DNA from: Nitrosopumilus sp.
Lineage (GTDB): Archaea; Thermoproteota; Nitrososphaeria; Nitrososphaerales; Nitrosopumilaceae
DNA: 64,000 nt
Assembly (NCBI GenBank): GCA_965204345.1
Contig: OZ241981.1
Coordinates: 1,056,001-1,120,000 of the forward strand
Reading direction: 5' to 3'
Below are positions 28,506-38,439 of the stretch, one piece after another. A program made the position numbers and the translations under genes. Each line of letters opens with the position of its first letter. Positions within the stretch are counted from its first letter, which is position 1. The notes under the pieces are model-generated. The model did not search any database, was not told the origin of the DNA, and saw only the letters and a program-made list of their open reading frames with translations.

Positions 28506-28973
28506 ATGGCAAAAGTAGATGACCTAGATTTACAAATTTTATCAGAATTATCCAATGATGCATCAATTTCTGTTCCTCGCCTATCAAAAAAAATCAATGT
28601 TAATTCCTCTGTCGTATATTCAAGAATCAAGAGATTAGTGAAAAGAAAACTAATTGAACGTTTTACAATCGTTGTCAATGATGCTGAGCTTGGGTATAAT
28701 GTCAAAGCATTAACTGGCATTAATATGGATACAAAAAAGCGGGATCATATCATTGAAGAATTATTCAAAATTGACGGAGTTAGAGAGGTTGCAGAAGTTA
28801 CAGGCAGATTTGATATTTTAGTAACAATGTACTCCAAATCTTTAGATCAGATGCATAAGATGGTATCAGAAAGGATTGGCAGGATTGAGGGAATTCAATC
28901 ATCTGAATCGTTTATTGAAATGAAGTCAAGAATGAAAGCAATGCCATATATGCCATCAAAGGACAGTGACTAA
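28506..28973 (+). CDS. Lrp/AsnC family transcriptional regulator
   Basis: DDLDLQIL..L..DA, HTH, VTGRFDI. Confidence 0.92.
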   Translation: MAKVDDLDLQILSELSNDASISVPRLSKKINVNSSVVYSRIKRLVKRKLIERFTIVVNDAELGYNVKALTGINMDTKKRDHIIEELFKIDGVREVAEVTGRFDILVTMYSKSLDQMHKMVSERIGRIEGIQSSESFIEMKSRMKAMPYMPSKDSD

Positions 28974-28975
28974 CA

Positions 28976-29905
28976 ATGCAAAAGCAAAAATCAGAATCCA
29001 GAGTCGCTGTATATTATGAATTAACAAAACCAAAGATTTGGTATTTGTTGGTATTTACTGCATTTGGAACTGCATTAACAGCATCTAATGTTTATGATAT
29101 TGAAATTTCCCCTGCAACATGGGTTTTAATGCTGTTTTCAGTGGCTGCAGGATCAGCCGCTGCAAATACGCTAACAAATTATCATGACAGAGACATTGAT
29201 GCAATTATGGAGAGAACAAAGGATAGGCCTTTGCCATCAAAAAGAATCCATCCTGCAGTTAAAGCAAGGAACTTTGGATTAGCATTAGCTGGAATATCAC
29301 TAGTTTTGGCATTTGGAATTTCCTTTACTACCACACTAGAACAAGGTGCATGGGCAACTGCTTTCATTGCGTTTGGACTGGTTAACAATATTCTGATTTA
29401 TTCATATGTGTTAAAACGGAACTCAAGAAGTAACATAATTTTAGGTGGATTATGTGGTGGTTCACCCCCAATGATTGGATGGGTATCTGTAAGCATGTCA
29501 GATTTATGGACTATGGGTCTTGCAATGGCAGGTTTAGTGTTTATCTGGATTCCAATGCATATTTGGGCATTGACATTGCATTTCAAAGATGACTATAACA
29601 AAGTAAATGTTCCAATGTTAACTGCTGTACAATCAGAAAAAACTTCTGCTAGAGCCATTGCATTATCCACAGTTGTGATGGTAGCATTTTCAATAGCCCC
29701 ATTCTTTATCACAACGCAGGATGGTGAAGAGATGGTTGATGCAGTATATCTTTGGACGGCAGTTGCATCAGGCGCATTAATGCTTGGATTATCAGTGTGG
29801 GTAATTATCAAGCCTATGGAAAAAGCTGCGTGGACACTGTTTAAATTTTCTAGTCCATATTTGGCAGTATTGTTCATTGCATTAATGGTTGACTCTGCTC
29901 TATAA
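28976..29905 (+). CDS. ctaB: protoheme IX farnesyltransferase (heme o synthase)
   Basis: LTKPKI, DRDIDAIMERTKDRPLP, WIPMHIWAL, DDY....VPML. Confidence 0.95.
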   Translation: MQKQKSESRVAVYYELTKPKIWYLLVFTAFGTALTASNVYDIEISPATWVLMLFSVAAGSAAANTLTNYHDRDIDAIMERTKDRPLPSKRIHPAVKARNFGLALAGISLVLAFGISFTTTLEQGAWATAFIAFGLVNNILIYSYVLKRNSRSNIILGGLCGGSPPMIGWVSVSMSDLWTMGLAMAGLVFIWIPMHIWALTLHFKDDYNKVNVPMLTAVQSEKTSARAIALSTVVMVAFSIAPFFITTQDGEEMVDAVYLWTAVASGALMLGLSVWVIIKPMEKAAWTLFKFSSPYLAVLFIALMVDSAL

Positions 29906-30109
29906 CATACTGGCCTTATCATCCAAGCTGTTAATCTCTTTTGTAATTTCAGAATGATTGTCAACTAGAGTCTTGAGTTCATTTTTTAATTCTTCAGAAT
30001 TCCATTCAGTAGAAATTAGATATGTCAGTTTTGCAACAATTCTCCATTGAATATTGGTTTGATCATCAATTAATTTTAAAAATCTTTTTCCTTTCTCATC
30101 ATCATTCAT
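29900..30109 (-). CDS. small hypothetical protein
   Basis: 69-aa helical ORF starting with ATG. Confidence 0.65.
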   Translation of the reverse strand: MNDDEKGKRFLKLIDDQTNIQWRIVAKLTYLISTEWNSEELKNELKTLVDNHSEITKEINSLDDKASML

Positions 30110-30647
30110 AATCTTTTAGGATAGCAGTCATTAAAGAAAGTTAGCATTGGCAATTACAGTAACTGTAGAGTTTTTAAAAAATTTCGATTATTAATAATTT
30201 TTATATTTACTGAATTTAATCAGTACATTCTAGTAGATATGGATACATCCAATAATAATAATAATTGTTAAATTGAGTTTTTTTTTTTGAATTAACAGTG
30301 GCTCAAACCAGAATTCTCTTAAAAGCTGAAAAAATAAAAAAGAAAAGGCTAGTGTAAATTAGCATGTTCCCCTATGCTAAGAACACGAATAAAACAGAAT
30401 ACACAATTCTTTTCTTGGCAATGATTTTACTAATACCTGTTGATATGAATAATTCATTTGTGCAGTAAATGCCAGGAGAAGAAGAGTTTGAAGAACAGGA
30501 CCCCCCATCTAATCCTGGAGGTCATTATCTCGAATTGCTGGTGCAATTACATTTTAGAATCTTGGCTACCAATTTACTTCACTGCTAGAACGCCACATCA
30601 TGGATCAACTAATGCATATGTTGCTGCTAGAATATCTGATTAAATGC

Positions 30648-30753
30648 TACACTGTTCAATCTTAGTGTCATTTGCCTGTTTTAAACAGACTGTTCAATTC
30701 GAGTGTACACTGTTCAATCTTAAACATTAACGTACCCTTTCTTTGTTCCAGTA
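30648..30753 (+). repeat. tandem IS-end-like repeats plus copy 2 of the 39-bp repeat
   Basis: TACACTGTTCAATCTTA at 30648-30664 and 30706-30722; ACTGTTCAAT at 30689-30698; 30715-30753 identical to 5327-5365. Confidence 0.85.
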
Positions 30754-30907
30754 TGGAGAATTGCATTTTTTATTATTGCAGTTTTTGGGAGATTCATTTC
30801 GACTATACCAAATCTCATTACATCTATTGCATTCATGTCTCCAATATGCACCATCTACTTTCACACTCATATTCAAACGATAAATTTAGCATTATATAAT
30901 AATTTAC

Positions 30908-30955
30908 TATATGTAGTTAAAAAGTATAGTATATATGTAGGTGAAAAGTATAGTA
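30908..30955. repeat. 2 x 24-bp imperfect tandem repeat
   Basis: TATATGTAGTTAAAAAGTATAGTA / TATATGTAGGTGAAAAGTATAGTA. Confidence 0.75.
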
Positions 30956-31213
30956 TGATGTGAGAGATATGATGATGATAAAAAATATCAAAGGCTCTGG
31001 AAAGCCGATGATGTGTTTAATAGGCTCTGAATATTTCTCACATTCCCACTTTATAATTTTTGAGGTTGAATCCAAATGAACTTAAATTCTAATCTTGATG
31101 CAGTTTGCTGTGATACTTTTGCAATTGTAATTTGCCGACTTTGATTTTACAACAACGCATAGGGATAACACGCAAAATTTCCGTTTTAAATACAAACTGT
31201 ATTCTGATGTGTA

Positions 31214-31348
31214 ATGGTACAGCTAACAACTGAAAACATCAAATGGCTGGCACTAACTGCTGTCATTGCAGTAGCTGCAATCGCCGTGATAGGTACAGGT
31301 GTGCTTACCGGACTGTCTTCTGATTCCATAGAGATAACAGAGGCTTAA
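31214..31348 (+). CDS. 44-aa single-pass membrane peptide
   Basis: MVQLTTENIKWLALTAVIAVAAIAVIGTGVLTGLSSDSIEITEA; TTTAAA box about 26 nt upstream; below the ORF-track cutoff. Confidence 0.7.
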   Translation: MVQLTTENIKWLALTAVIAVAAIAVIGTGVLTGLSSDSIEITEA

Positions 31349-31414
31349 ATGCAATAAATATAAAAATTATAAGTAATCAAAATTTTATTAGGAAATAATT
31401 GTGATTTTATCATA

Positions 31415-31570
31415 TTGCAATGTAGTATTTCAGAATGTAAAGAAAAAGCTGTTCAGACGGTGAAAATTAGTTATAGAGAGACTAGAAATCTATGTGATAA
31501 GCACTACAAGTTGTTCAAAAATAAAGATAGAAAGCATTTTCCAAGATTTTCAAAAGCATCAGACTATTAG
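31415..31570 (+). CDS. 51-aa Cx4C...CxxH zinc-finger protein
   Basis: TTG start: MQCSISECKEKAVQTVKISYRETRNLCDKHYKLFKNKDRKHFPRFSKASDY. Confidence 0.7.
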   Translation: MQCSISECKEKAVQTVKISYRETRNLCDKHYKLFKNKDRKHFPRFSKASDY

Positions 31571-31640
31571 TGAAAGCAAAAGGAATATCAAAAACAGAAA
31601 TGATTGAAAGATTTAACATCTACTATTTATAGATCAGAGT

Positions 31641-32111
31641 ATGGTAGGCAGGAAAAAAAGCACTTCAAAGAAAACAGTGAAAAAGACTGCTTCAAAACCA
31701 AAACAACGAGTTAAAACTTCATCAAAGAAACCTGAATTTGAAAAAGCATGGAAAGATTACAATTCTGCCCTGAACGGATGGAAAGAATCTCTTGCGCAAT
31801 GGCAAAAGGCTACAAATGAAACTTTGATAACATATCATGATGCATGCCAAAAGGCATTAGAATCAGATGCTGAAATGTTAAAAAAAGTAAGTACTAGTTG
31901 GGAAAACACATGGCAAGAAATTGGACCAGAATATATCAAACAGCAAACAAAGATGATGGAAAATATATTTAAAGAAACAAACATTGAATCAATAAAAAAA
32001 TTCAATGTTCAATGGGAAAAATTCCTGAAAACTTCTGGGGACGATTCAATTATAGCATATCAAGAAGCCATCAAAAAGTTCAACCAGGCATGGCAATCAG
32101 GGCAAATGTGA
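31641..32111 (+). CDS. Trp-periodic helical protein with a basic N-terminal tail
   Basis: Lys-rich N-terminus; paralog of 35338-35751. Confidence 0.8.
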   Translation: MVGRKKSTSKKTVKKTASKPKQRVKTSSKKPEFEKAWKDYNSALNGWKESLAQWQKATNETLITYHDACQKALESDAEMLKKVSTSWENTWQEIGPEYIKQQTKMMENIFKETNIESIKKFNVQWEKFLKTSGDDSIIAYQEAIKKFNQAWQSGQM

Positions 32112-32138
32112 TTCTGTTGGTGTTATATTAGAAAGATT

Positions 32139-34076
32139 TTATTTTTTCATTTTTCCAATTCTAAAAACTTTACATTCACATACGGAACAAGTTCCTCTTA
32201 TAGCTGGTCTTCCATTTTTCATGAGAGTTTCTTGTGGATTTTCAATAATTCTTTTTGTTTTGCATCTAACACAGTATGCTTCTTGTGAAATAGATTTTGA
32301 AGATTTGGTTGAAGAAATATCTGAATGATCAAGTTGATTTTCAGTATTATCAAGTTTTTTGTTTTGTTTTTGTAATGTTTGTATAACTTCATATTCTATA
32401 TAAGCAGATTCAAGTTTCTTGATCTCTTTTTCTAGTTTTTTAACTTTAGAAAATTGCTCATGGGTAGCTTCTTCTTCTTCCTCTTCTTCCTTTGGTTCTG
32501 AATCAGGGAAATTATGAGATAACATAATATTTTCTAGATCATCAATTTGTTGTTGTAGAGTGTTTACCTGTTTCAATTGTTCAGGTGTAGCTTCCTCTTC
32601 TTCTTCTTCCTTTGGTTCTGCAACAGGTTCTGGTGCAAGGTCTAGTTCTTGAGGAAGTTCTTCTGTGGATTCCTTTGGTAGTGAACCTCTAGGACTAGAA
32701 GGTGGTTCTGGTTCTGCAACAGGTTCTGGTGCAAGGTCTAGTTCTTGAGGAAGTTCTTCTGTGGATTCCTTTGGTAGTGAACCTCTAGGACTAGAAGGTG
32801 GTTCTGGTTCTGCAACAGGTTCTGGTGCAAGGTCTAGTTCTTGAGGAAGTTCTTCTGTGGATTCCTTTGGTAGTGAACCTCTAGGACTAGAAGGTGGTTC
32901 TGGTTCTGCAACAGGTTCTGGTGCAAGGTCTAGTTCTTGAGGAAGTTCTTCTGTGGATTCCTTTGGTAGTGAACCTCTAGGACTAGAAGGTGGTTCTGGT
33001 TCTGCAACAGGTTCTGGTGCAAGGTCTAGTTCTTGAGGAAGTTCTTCTGTGGATTCCTTTGGTAGTGAACCTCTAGGACTAGAAGGTGGTTCTGGTTCTG
33101 CAACAGGTTCTGGTGCAAGGTCTAGTTCTTGAGGAAGTTCTTCTGTGGATTCCTTTGGTAGTGAACCTCTAGGACTAGAAGGTGGTTCTGGTTCTGCAAC
33201 AGGTTCTGGTGCAAGGTCTAGTTCTTGAGGAAGTTCTTCTGTGGATTCCTTTGGTAGTGAACCTCTAGGACTAGAAGGTGGTTCTGGTTCTGCAACAGGT
33301 TCTGGTTCTGCAACAGGTTCTGGTTCTGCAACAGGTTCTGGTGCAAGGTCTAGTTCTTGAGGAAGTTCTTCTGTGGATTCCTTTGGTAGTGAACCTCTAG
33401 GACTAGAAGGTGGTTCTGGTTCTGCAACAGGTTCTGGTGCAAGGTCTAGTTCTTGAGGAAGTTCTTCTGTGGATTCCTTTGGTAGTGAACCTCTAGGACT
33501 AGAAGGTGGTTCTGGTTCTGCAACAGGTTCTGGTTCTGCAACAGGTTCTGGTTCTGCAACAGGTTCTGGTGCAAGGTCTAGTTCTTGAGGAAGTTCTTCT
33601 GTGGATTCCTTTGGTAGTGAACCTCTAGGACTAGAAGGTGGTTCTGGTTCTGCAACAGGTTCTGGTTCTGCAACAGGTTCTGGTTCTGCAACAGGTTCTG
33701 GTTCTGCAACAGGTTCTGGTTCTGCAACAGGTTCTGGTTGTGATTCTAATCCTGGAATTGGGAAATTTTTTTCAAATGAAGAACTAGGTAAATCTCCCAA
33801 ATAATCTAATTTTACTTTATTTCCATCAATACGGAGATAAGGATTACCGTCAATTGAGAAGGTTTGAATTTTATGCCCTTTTTTCCATGAATTTTTTCCA
33901 CTGTAGACTGTAATGTACAATAATCCATTTTTGATATCAGATGCAATTGTTAAGCGATCTATAGGTTGACCCTTAGTAAGTCCTTCATCAATATCTTGAT
34001 GTCTAGTAGCTACTGAGATCAAATGCTCAGAATCATAACTTGTTTCAGAAATTATGTAGTCGGCCCATTTTTTCAT
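32139..34076 (-). CDS. DUF3892 - Pro/Glu repeat - DUF5679 protein
   Basis: N-terminus ADYIIS...[10 protein letters not shown]....D.LGDLP (DUF3892-like); C-terminus AYCVRCK...[20 protein letters not shown] (DUF5679-like); central repeats. Confidence 0.82.
   Translation of the reverse strand: MKKWADYIISETSYDSEHLISVATRHQDIDEGLTKGQPIDRLTIASDIKNGLLYITVYSGKNSWKKGHKIQTFSIDGNPYLRIDGNKVKLDYLGDLPSSSFEKNFPIPGLESQPEPVAEPEPVAEPEPVAEPEPVAEPEPVAEPEPPSSPRGSLPKESTEELPQELDLAPEPVAEPEPVAEPEPVAEPEPPSSPRGSLPKESTEELPQELDLAPEPVAEPEPPSSPRGSLPKESTEELPQELDLAPEPVAEPEPVAEPEPVAEPEPPSSPRGSLPKESTEELPQELDLAPEPVAEPEPPSSPRGSLPKESTEELPQELDLAPEPVAEPEPPSSPRGSLPKESTEELPQELDLAPEPVAEPEPPSSPRGSLPKESTEELPQELDLAPEPVAEPEPPSSPRGSLPKESTEELPQELDLAPEPVAEPEPPSSPRGSLPKESTEELPQELDLAPEPVAEPEPPSSPRGSLPKESTEELPQELDLAPEPVAEPKEEEEEEATPEQLKQVNTLQQQIDDLENIMLSHNFPDSEPKEEEEEEEATHEQFSKVKKLEKEIKKLESAYIEYEVIQTLQKQNKKLDNTENQLDHSDISSTKSSKSISQEAYCVRCKTKRIIENPQETLMKNGRPAIRGTCSVCECKVFRIGKMKK
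32613..33738 (-). repeat. intragenic compound tandem repeat (10 x 96-bp unit with nested 18-bp units)
   Basis: GTGGATTCCTTTGGTAGTGAACC starts at 32665, 32761, 32857, 32953, 33049, 33145, 33241, 33373, 33469 and 33601 (spacing 96 or 132); the 18-bp unit GGTTCTGCAACAGGTTCT encodes EPVAEP. Confidence 0.95.
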
Positions 34077-34243
34077 TATAAAAAATATTGGTTATTTTCT
34101 ACTAATTAATCAATGATTCTGAATTAGCATATTGTCAAAAAAACAAAATTATAGCTTCTTCAAGTATGTTAAAAAATAAGAATTTTGAAGAAATAGGCTC
34201 AAAAAAAATAGGATTATTACTAGTATAATTTTACCATAAATAG

Positions 34244-34627
34244 ATGGAAATTTCTGTTGAGCCTTGGAAAAAATTAGTTATTCATGAAGTAATTGAGTAC
34301 AAATTTGAAGATTGGGTCAAGCAAATAGCATTCAGTACGCGATCATCAGGAGGTGGAATTCCTACCATGCAGTGGACAAACGGTATTGTTTTTTCTCCAG
34401 CAAAGTTTCCAACGACTAATTCTACAGTTGATGAGCAATTGAAAGGTACTTTACATTGGTCTTCAGTATCATTTGCAATTAAAGAGAAGTTTGAAAAACA
34501 AATTGTGAAAGAAAATGCTACAATTAATTTAGTTGATGTTAGTGTAAATCAAATTTTTAAGGAATTGGCAACTAGACTAAAAGCACAATCAAAATATTCT
34601 TCCTTAGAATCTGACAAAACCCAATGA
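34244..34627 (+). CDS. conserved archaeal hypothetical protein
   Basis: P.KKLVIHEV...WTNGIVF...HWSSV.FA pattern. Confidence 0.8.
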   Translation: MEISVEPWKKLVIHEVIEYKFEDWVKQIAFSTRSSGGGIPTMQWTNGIVFSPAKFPTTNSTVDEQLKGTLHWSSVSFAIKEKFEKQIVKENATINLVDVSVNQIFKELATRLKAQSKYSSLESDKTQ

Positions 34628-35310
34628 ACATGGACGAAGCAATTAATGAATGTGAGATTCTCTTAAAACAGATTAAACAATATGAGCCAGATCCATTTTA
34701 CGTAAATTATTTTTTTGATCAATTTATTGATAAAACTGATTATATTATTTCAGGTATTTTTGAAGAGGCAAATAATGATTTTGGATTATTTCTAACAGAG
34801 CAGTTTTCTGAAAAAAGCTTTTATGAAAAAGCAAAGGTAAAAAATGATAAAAATGCGATAAAATTTTCTGAATGGTTTGCAATGAAATACAGCGAAGAAC
34901 ATGAAAATTTATATCCAAATTTTATAAGTAAAATATTTGATTTTAAGAAAAAATTTGGAAAACTACCACAAATTAAAATTATGATCAGGGCAAAAGATAG
35001 ATACAAAGATGATGTAAATCAACAAATCAAAATCAATTTGAGTAATGAGAAGTTGCGATCAAAAAAGGAATTACAAATTGAAATTAAGAGACAAATGCCA
35101 ATATTTCTAGAAATTATTAACAGCAAGAGACAAATCAAAAATGAGCCCAAAGTAAAAGAAAATCAAATTGTTGCATCGACTTTTTTAGGTATTGAAAATC
35201 AGGGTGAGATTGAAATTGTGTATGCAACACAAATTTACATTCCAGTATTAAGAAGGTTGGTTGGAGAATCTAGAAAAAAAATTAGAGAGTTAACCAGTAA
35301 GACTTGTTAG
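34624..35310 (+). CDS. hypothetical protein
   Basis: 228-aa ORF overlapping the upstream stop (ATGA coupling). Confidence 0.75.
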   Translation: MNMDEAINECEILLKQIKQYEPDPFYVNYFFDQFIDKTDYIISGIFEEANNDFGLFLTEQFSEKSFYEKAKVKNDKNAIKFSEWFAMKYSEEHENLYPNFISKIFDFKKKFGKLPQIKIMIRAKDRYKDDVNQQIKINLSNEKLRSKKELQIEIKRQMPIFLEIINSKRQIKNEPKVKENQIVASTFLGIENQGEIEIVYATQIYIPVLRRLVGESRKKIRELTSKTC

Positions 35311-35337
35311 CCAAATGGAAGAGCTTGGCCTAAAACA

Positions 35338-35751
35338 TTATTGGGGTTTTGGCCACATCGATGCCCATGTTTCAGAAAATTTTTTCATCATTTCACCATA
35401 AGCATTCATCTGTTCTAGGCCAGATGAACTAAGAGACTTTTGCCAATTTTCAGCAAATTGTTTGAATGATGCTACATTAGTGTCGTTGGGAGGCATTTGC
35501 CAATTTTCAGCAAGTTCCTTAAGAGAATTCACGCCTGCATTGCTGAGAGCTTTTTGCCAATTTTCAGTAAATAATTTTATGATTTCAGTACTTGACTCTA
35601 CAGTTGCTTTATCCCAAACATCGTTGAATTTTGATTGCATGTCTTTACTTGCATTTTGAATTTGTTCAAAAAGCGTTTTCCAATTTTCAAGTGACTTTGT
35701 ATATTCCTGCCACAGCGAGTCCCATTCCACGTTCTTTTGGTCTTCAGACAT
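35338..35751 (-). CDS. Trp-periodic helical protein
   Basis: Three 19-aa repeats (F.ENWQK..); paralog of 31641-32111. Confidence 0.8.
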   Translation of the reverse strand: MSEDQKNVEWDSLWQEYTKSLENWKTLFEQIQNASKDMQSKFNDVWDKATVESSTEIIKLFTENWQKALSNAGVNSLKELAENWQMPPNDTNVASFKQFAENWQKSLSSSGLEQMNAYGEMMKKFSETWASMWPKPQ

Positions 35752-35817
35752 AACATGACATGAATTCCCTGACTCTTAAATGGATCCCCTGATGTTAGGC
35801 GTTGCATTGCACAAAAA

Positions 35818-36288
35818 TTAGTCTGCCCATTCAAGTTTGGACATTGAGAAAGTGTATAATTCTATGTTAGGATATCTTTCAGTTAAAGCATCTTTAACAT
35901 TAGATAATTCCTCATAATATACTTCATCATTAATTTCTACCCATAATCCATCCTGATCTGGATCATTTGGCATGGATGGTATACCCATCAAATTGATTGG
36001 AGCTCGATCAAAAACATTTACCAAGTCATCATCTGAAGTCAGAGTACCACTCATAATTTCACGTAATGTTGACTCGGCTAGTTCTAATTCATTAGTTATG
36101 CTAGCTGGTTCTAGTTCATCAGGAAAATTTTCTTGTCCTGGTACCGTTTGTGTCATTGCCACTGCTGGTATCAGCATAAGCATAGCTATTGAAGTCATTA
36201 TTATCGTTTTTCTAATCACTGAAGGATTCATTATAATTATAGGCCGTATATCTGCATGTAAATCAGCGTAACGGTTTAGGTTAGGCAT
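35818..36288 (-). CDS. hypothetical secreted protein (possibly truncated)
   Basis: Signal-peptide-like MTSIAMLMLIPAVAM and an acidic body; true start probably downstream of 36288. Confidence 0.55.
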   Translation of the reverse strand: MPNLNRYADLHADIRPIIIMNPSVIRKTIIMTSIAMLMLIPAVAMTQTVPGQENFPDELEPASITNELELAESTLREIMSGTLTSDDDLVNVFDRAPINLMGIPSMPNDPDQDGLWVEINDEVYYEELSNVKDALTERYPNIELYTFSMSKLEWAD

Positions 36289-36572
36289 GAGTCCTAGATT
36301 GGTTCAAGCATAGATTTTGATCTCTGAGAATGGTGAACCTAACCTCATACAAATTGGCAGTATTTGTCTTATCCAAAGACTAGTTTGCTAATTCATGGGA
36401 CATCTTTATCCATTTTGGGTTGTTTTTTTTTGGGTTGCAGAAGAGGATCTCTTTGTTCCTAAATGCCTTGATGATTTCCAGTCAAATCTTGGACTTGAAA
36501 TAATCCCCAGCCCAACCCTGAACTTGTCAATCTTTAGTGTGGCAGAATTTCTGCATATTGGCATGCTGCACG

Positions 36573-37052
36573 CTACTTTGCACGGTTCTTTATCCGCCTT
36601 TCCATTCTGACTTTGCCCTCCTCGAACTTTGCCCTGTCCTCGTCTGTCTTGAGGGACATCTTGGGGACATGAAGCGGCTTTCCCTCTCCGTCTAGCGCTA
36701 CAAAGGTCACAAACGCTGTGCCGGTCTTGGTTTTTATTCCAGTTACAATGTCTTCTGCCTCTGCCCCTACCTCGATCTCCATTGACGAGTTGTGGACATA
36801 GTTTATCCTGGCATCAAGTCTCAGGACGTTGCCGACAAATACCGGCTTGAGAAAGTTCACACTGTCCATGCAAACGGTGACAGCGTTTGACTGCGAGTGT
36901 CGCTGGGCGACAATCCCGGCAACCATGTCTATATGCTTGAGTATTTCGCCTCCAAACACGTTTCCAGCAGGGTTTGCATCGGAGGGAAACATTCTTACAA
37001 TTACCTCGGCATGCGATTCTGAGGGACTCTTTTCAAGGCTATTCGTAACCAT
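36573..37052 (-). CDS. acyl-CoA thioesterase (hotdog fold, YciA-like)
   Basis: FPSDANPAGNVFGGEILKHID, VNFLKPV, SSMEIEV, TFVALD. Confidence 0.93.
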   Translation of the reverse strand: MVTNSLEKSPSESHAEVIVRMFPSDANPAGNVFGGEILKHIDMVAGIVAQRHSQSNAVTVCMDSVNFLKPVFVGNVLRLDARINYVHNSSMEIEVGAEAEDIVTGIKTKTGTAFVTFVALDGEGKPLHVPKMSLKTDEDRAKFEEGKVRMERRIKNRAK

Positions 37053-37098
37053 GATACACCCAAATGTATCCCATCCAATTTAATCTAAACATTTGCCG

Positions 37099-38439
37099 CT
37101 ATTTCCCGATGTACTTGTTCAAGTCAATCCTGTCCATTTTAGGAATCCTTGCGAGCTCAAACCCCTCGGGTCTCTTTGAGAGAGGCCGCGTCGCATCAAT
37201 GCCCATCTTTGCAGTTTGTAATTTCTGCTGGTTGCTAGAAGGATCCAGACTAGAACCGCGAACGTTTTTGATAATAACAAGATCCTTATCAGCTTGAAAT
37301 CGTGTAGCCATAGCATATTCTACAGATTCTGCATTATTGGGATCTATATCTTCATCAACTACAGTTACCTGTTTTAGTGAACGGTGTGATTCAAAGGTTT
37401 TTTTAATAATTTTTTTAGGATCAGAATTGTTTTTCTTTTTGATTTGTACAACAGCATGTAGCCAATTACACCCACCATTAGTCATTGAAACCTGTATTGT
37501 TTGCGAAAACGATTTTTTTAATTCCCCATTTAGTTTGGATTCAATTGGCATTCCCATTAGTAGTCGATGTTCTGAGAATCCTGAGAGAACATCATGGAAA
37601 ATTGGATCATTTCTAAAATATAGATTATCAAGTTCAAAGACAGGTTGAGACCTTTTGTGATCATATGTTTGAAGCATTTCTACCATCCATTCAGGATGAG
37701 TTTTATCCTGGAGTATTCTGCCCTCCATTACAATCTCAGAACCAGATGGAACATTTAATCCTGTAAATGGTAATTTTGCTAAAGTTAATTTTCCACCCAA
37801 AAGGGAATTTGCTATATCGATTTCATCCTTTCCCCAATCAGCTTGATATGCACCAGCAATGGATATGGCTGGATGTACACCAACAGTAATAGCAATTTTT
37901 AGATCTTGACCATGTTCTTTGGCATCAGTAAAACATCTGTGCAAATGACGACCTTCAACCATTCTTATGGAAAAATGAGTTTTGTCAATTGGCATCATTC
38001 TATGAAAGGATGAATTTTGTTTTCCTGTTTCTGGGTTTTTTGCATATGCAATAGATGATGTGATGAATGGACCAGATTCTTTTTCAAAATGAGTTACTAT
38101 AGGCATGGAAAATATGTCTTTTGACTGATTTTCCATAAATTTTCCTGATGATATGATCTTGGGTTTTTTGGCCTGTTTAATTGCAGAAATGACTTTTTTG
38201 TGAATATTGAATTCTGAGCCTCCAACTGCAATACCAAATCGCTTTCTAGTTCCAACAAGATTGGCAATTAATTTAAAATTACTTTCTTTGATATTTTCAA
38301 ATAATACAGCATTAGAGCCGTCAACTTTTGCAGTGATCCCGGCAATTTCATATTTGGTTGAAACCCTAGTTCTTACAGTTTTAAGTTCGTGAATTTTTTT
38401 AATTTGGGAAATGTAGCTCCTTAAATCACTCATTCTCAA
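37099..38439 (-). CDS. UbiD family decarboxylase
   Basis: DLRSYI, N.SFHR, EIVMEG, VVDEDID, GSSLDPS, KMGIDAT. Confidence 0.93.
   Translation of the reverse strand: MRMSDLRSYISQIKKIHELKTVRTRVSTKYEIAGITAKVDGSNAVLFENIKESNFKLIANLVGTRKRFGIAVGGSEFNIHKKVISAIKQAKKPKIISSGKFMENQSKDIFSMPIVTHFEKESGPFITSSIAYAKNPETGKQNSSFHRMMPIDKTHFSIRMVEGRHLHRCFTDAKEHGQDLKIAITVGVHPAISIAGAYQADWGKDEIDIANSLLGGKLTLAKLPFTGLNVPSGSEIVMEGRILQDKTHPEWMVEMLQTYDHKRSQPVFELDNLYFRNDPIFHDVLSGFSEHRLLMGMPIESKLNGELKKSFSQTIQVSMTNGGCNWLHAVVQIKKKNNSDPKKIIKKTFESHRSLKQVTVVDEDIDPNNAESVEYAMATRFQADKDLVIIKNVRGSSLDPSSNQQKLQTAKMGIDATRPLSKRPEGFELARIPKMDRIDLNKYIGK

Noticed and set aside
30908-30955. ACTATATGTAGT-containing tandem repeat as an NrdR-type operator
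   Set aside because: Far from the RNR genes and in very AT-rich sequence; a simple duplication explains it.
32613-33738. Regular repeat array as a CRISPR
   Set aside because: Units are fully identical with no unique spacers, lengths are multiples of 3, and the array lies inside an open reading frame.
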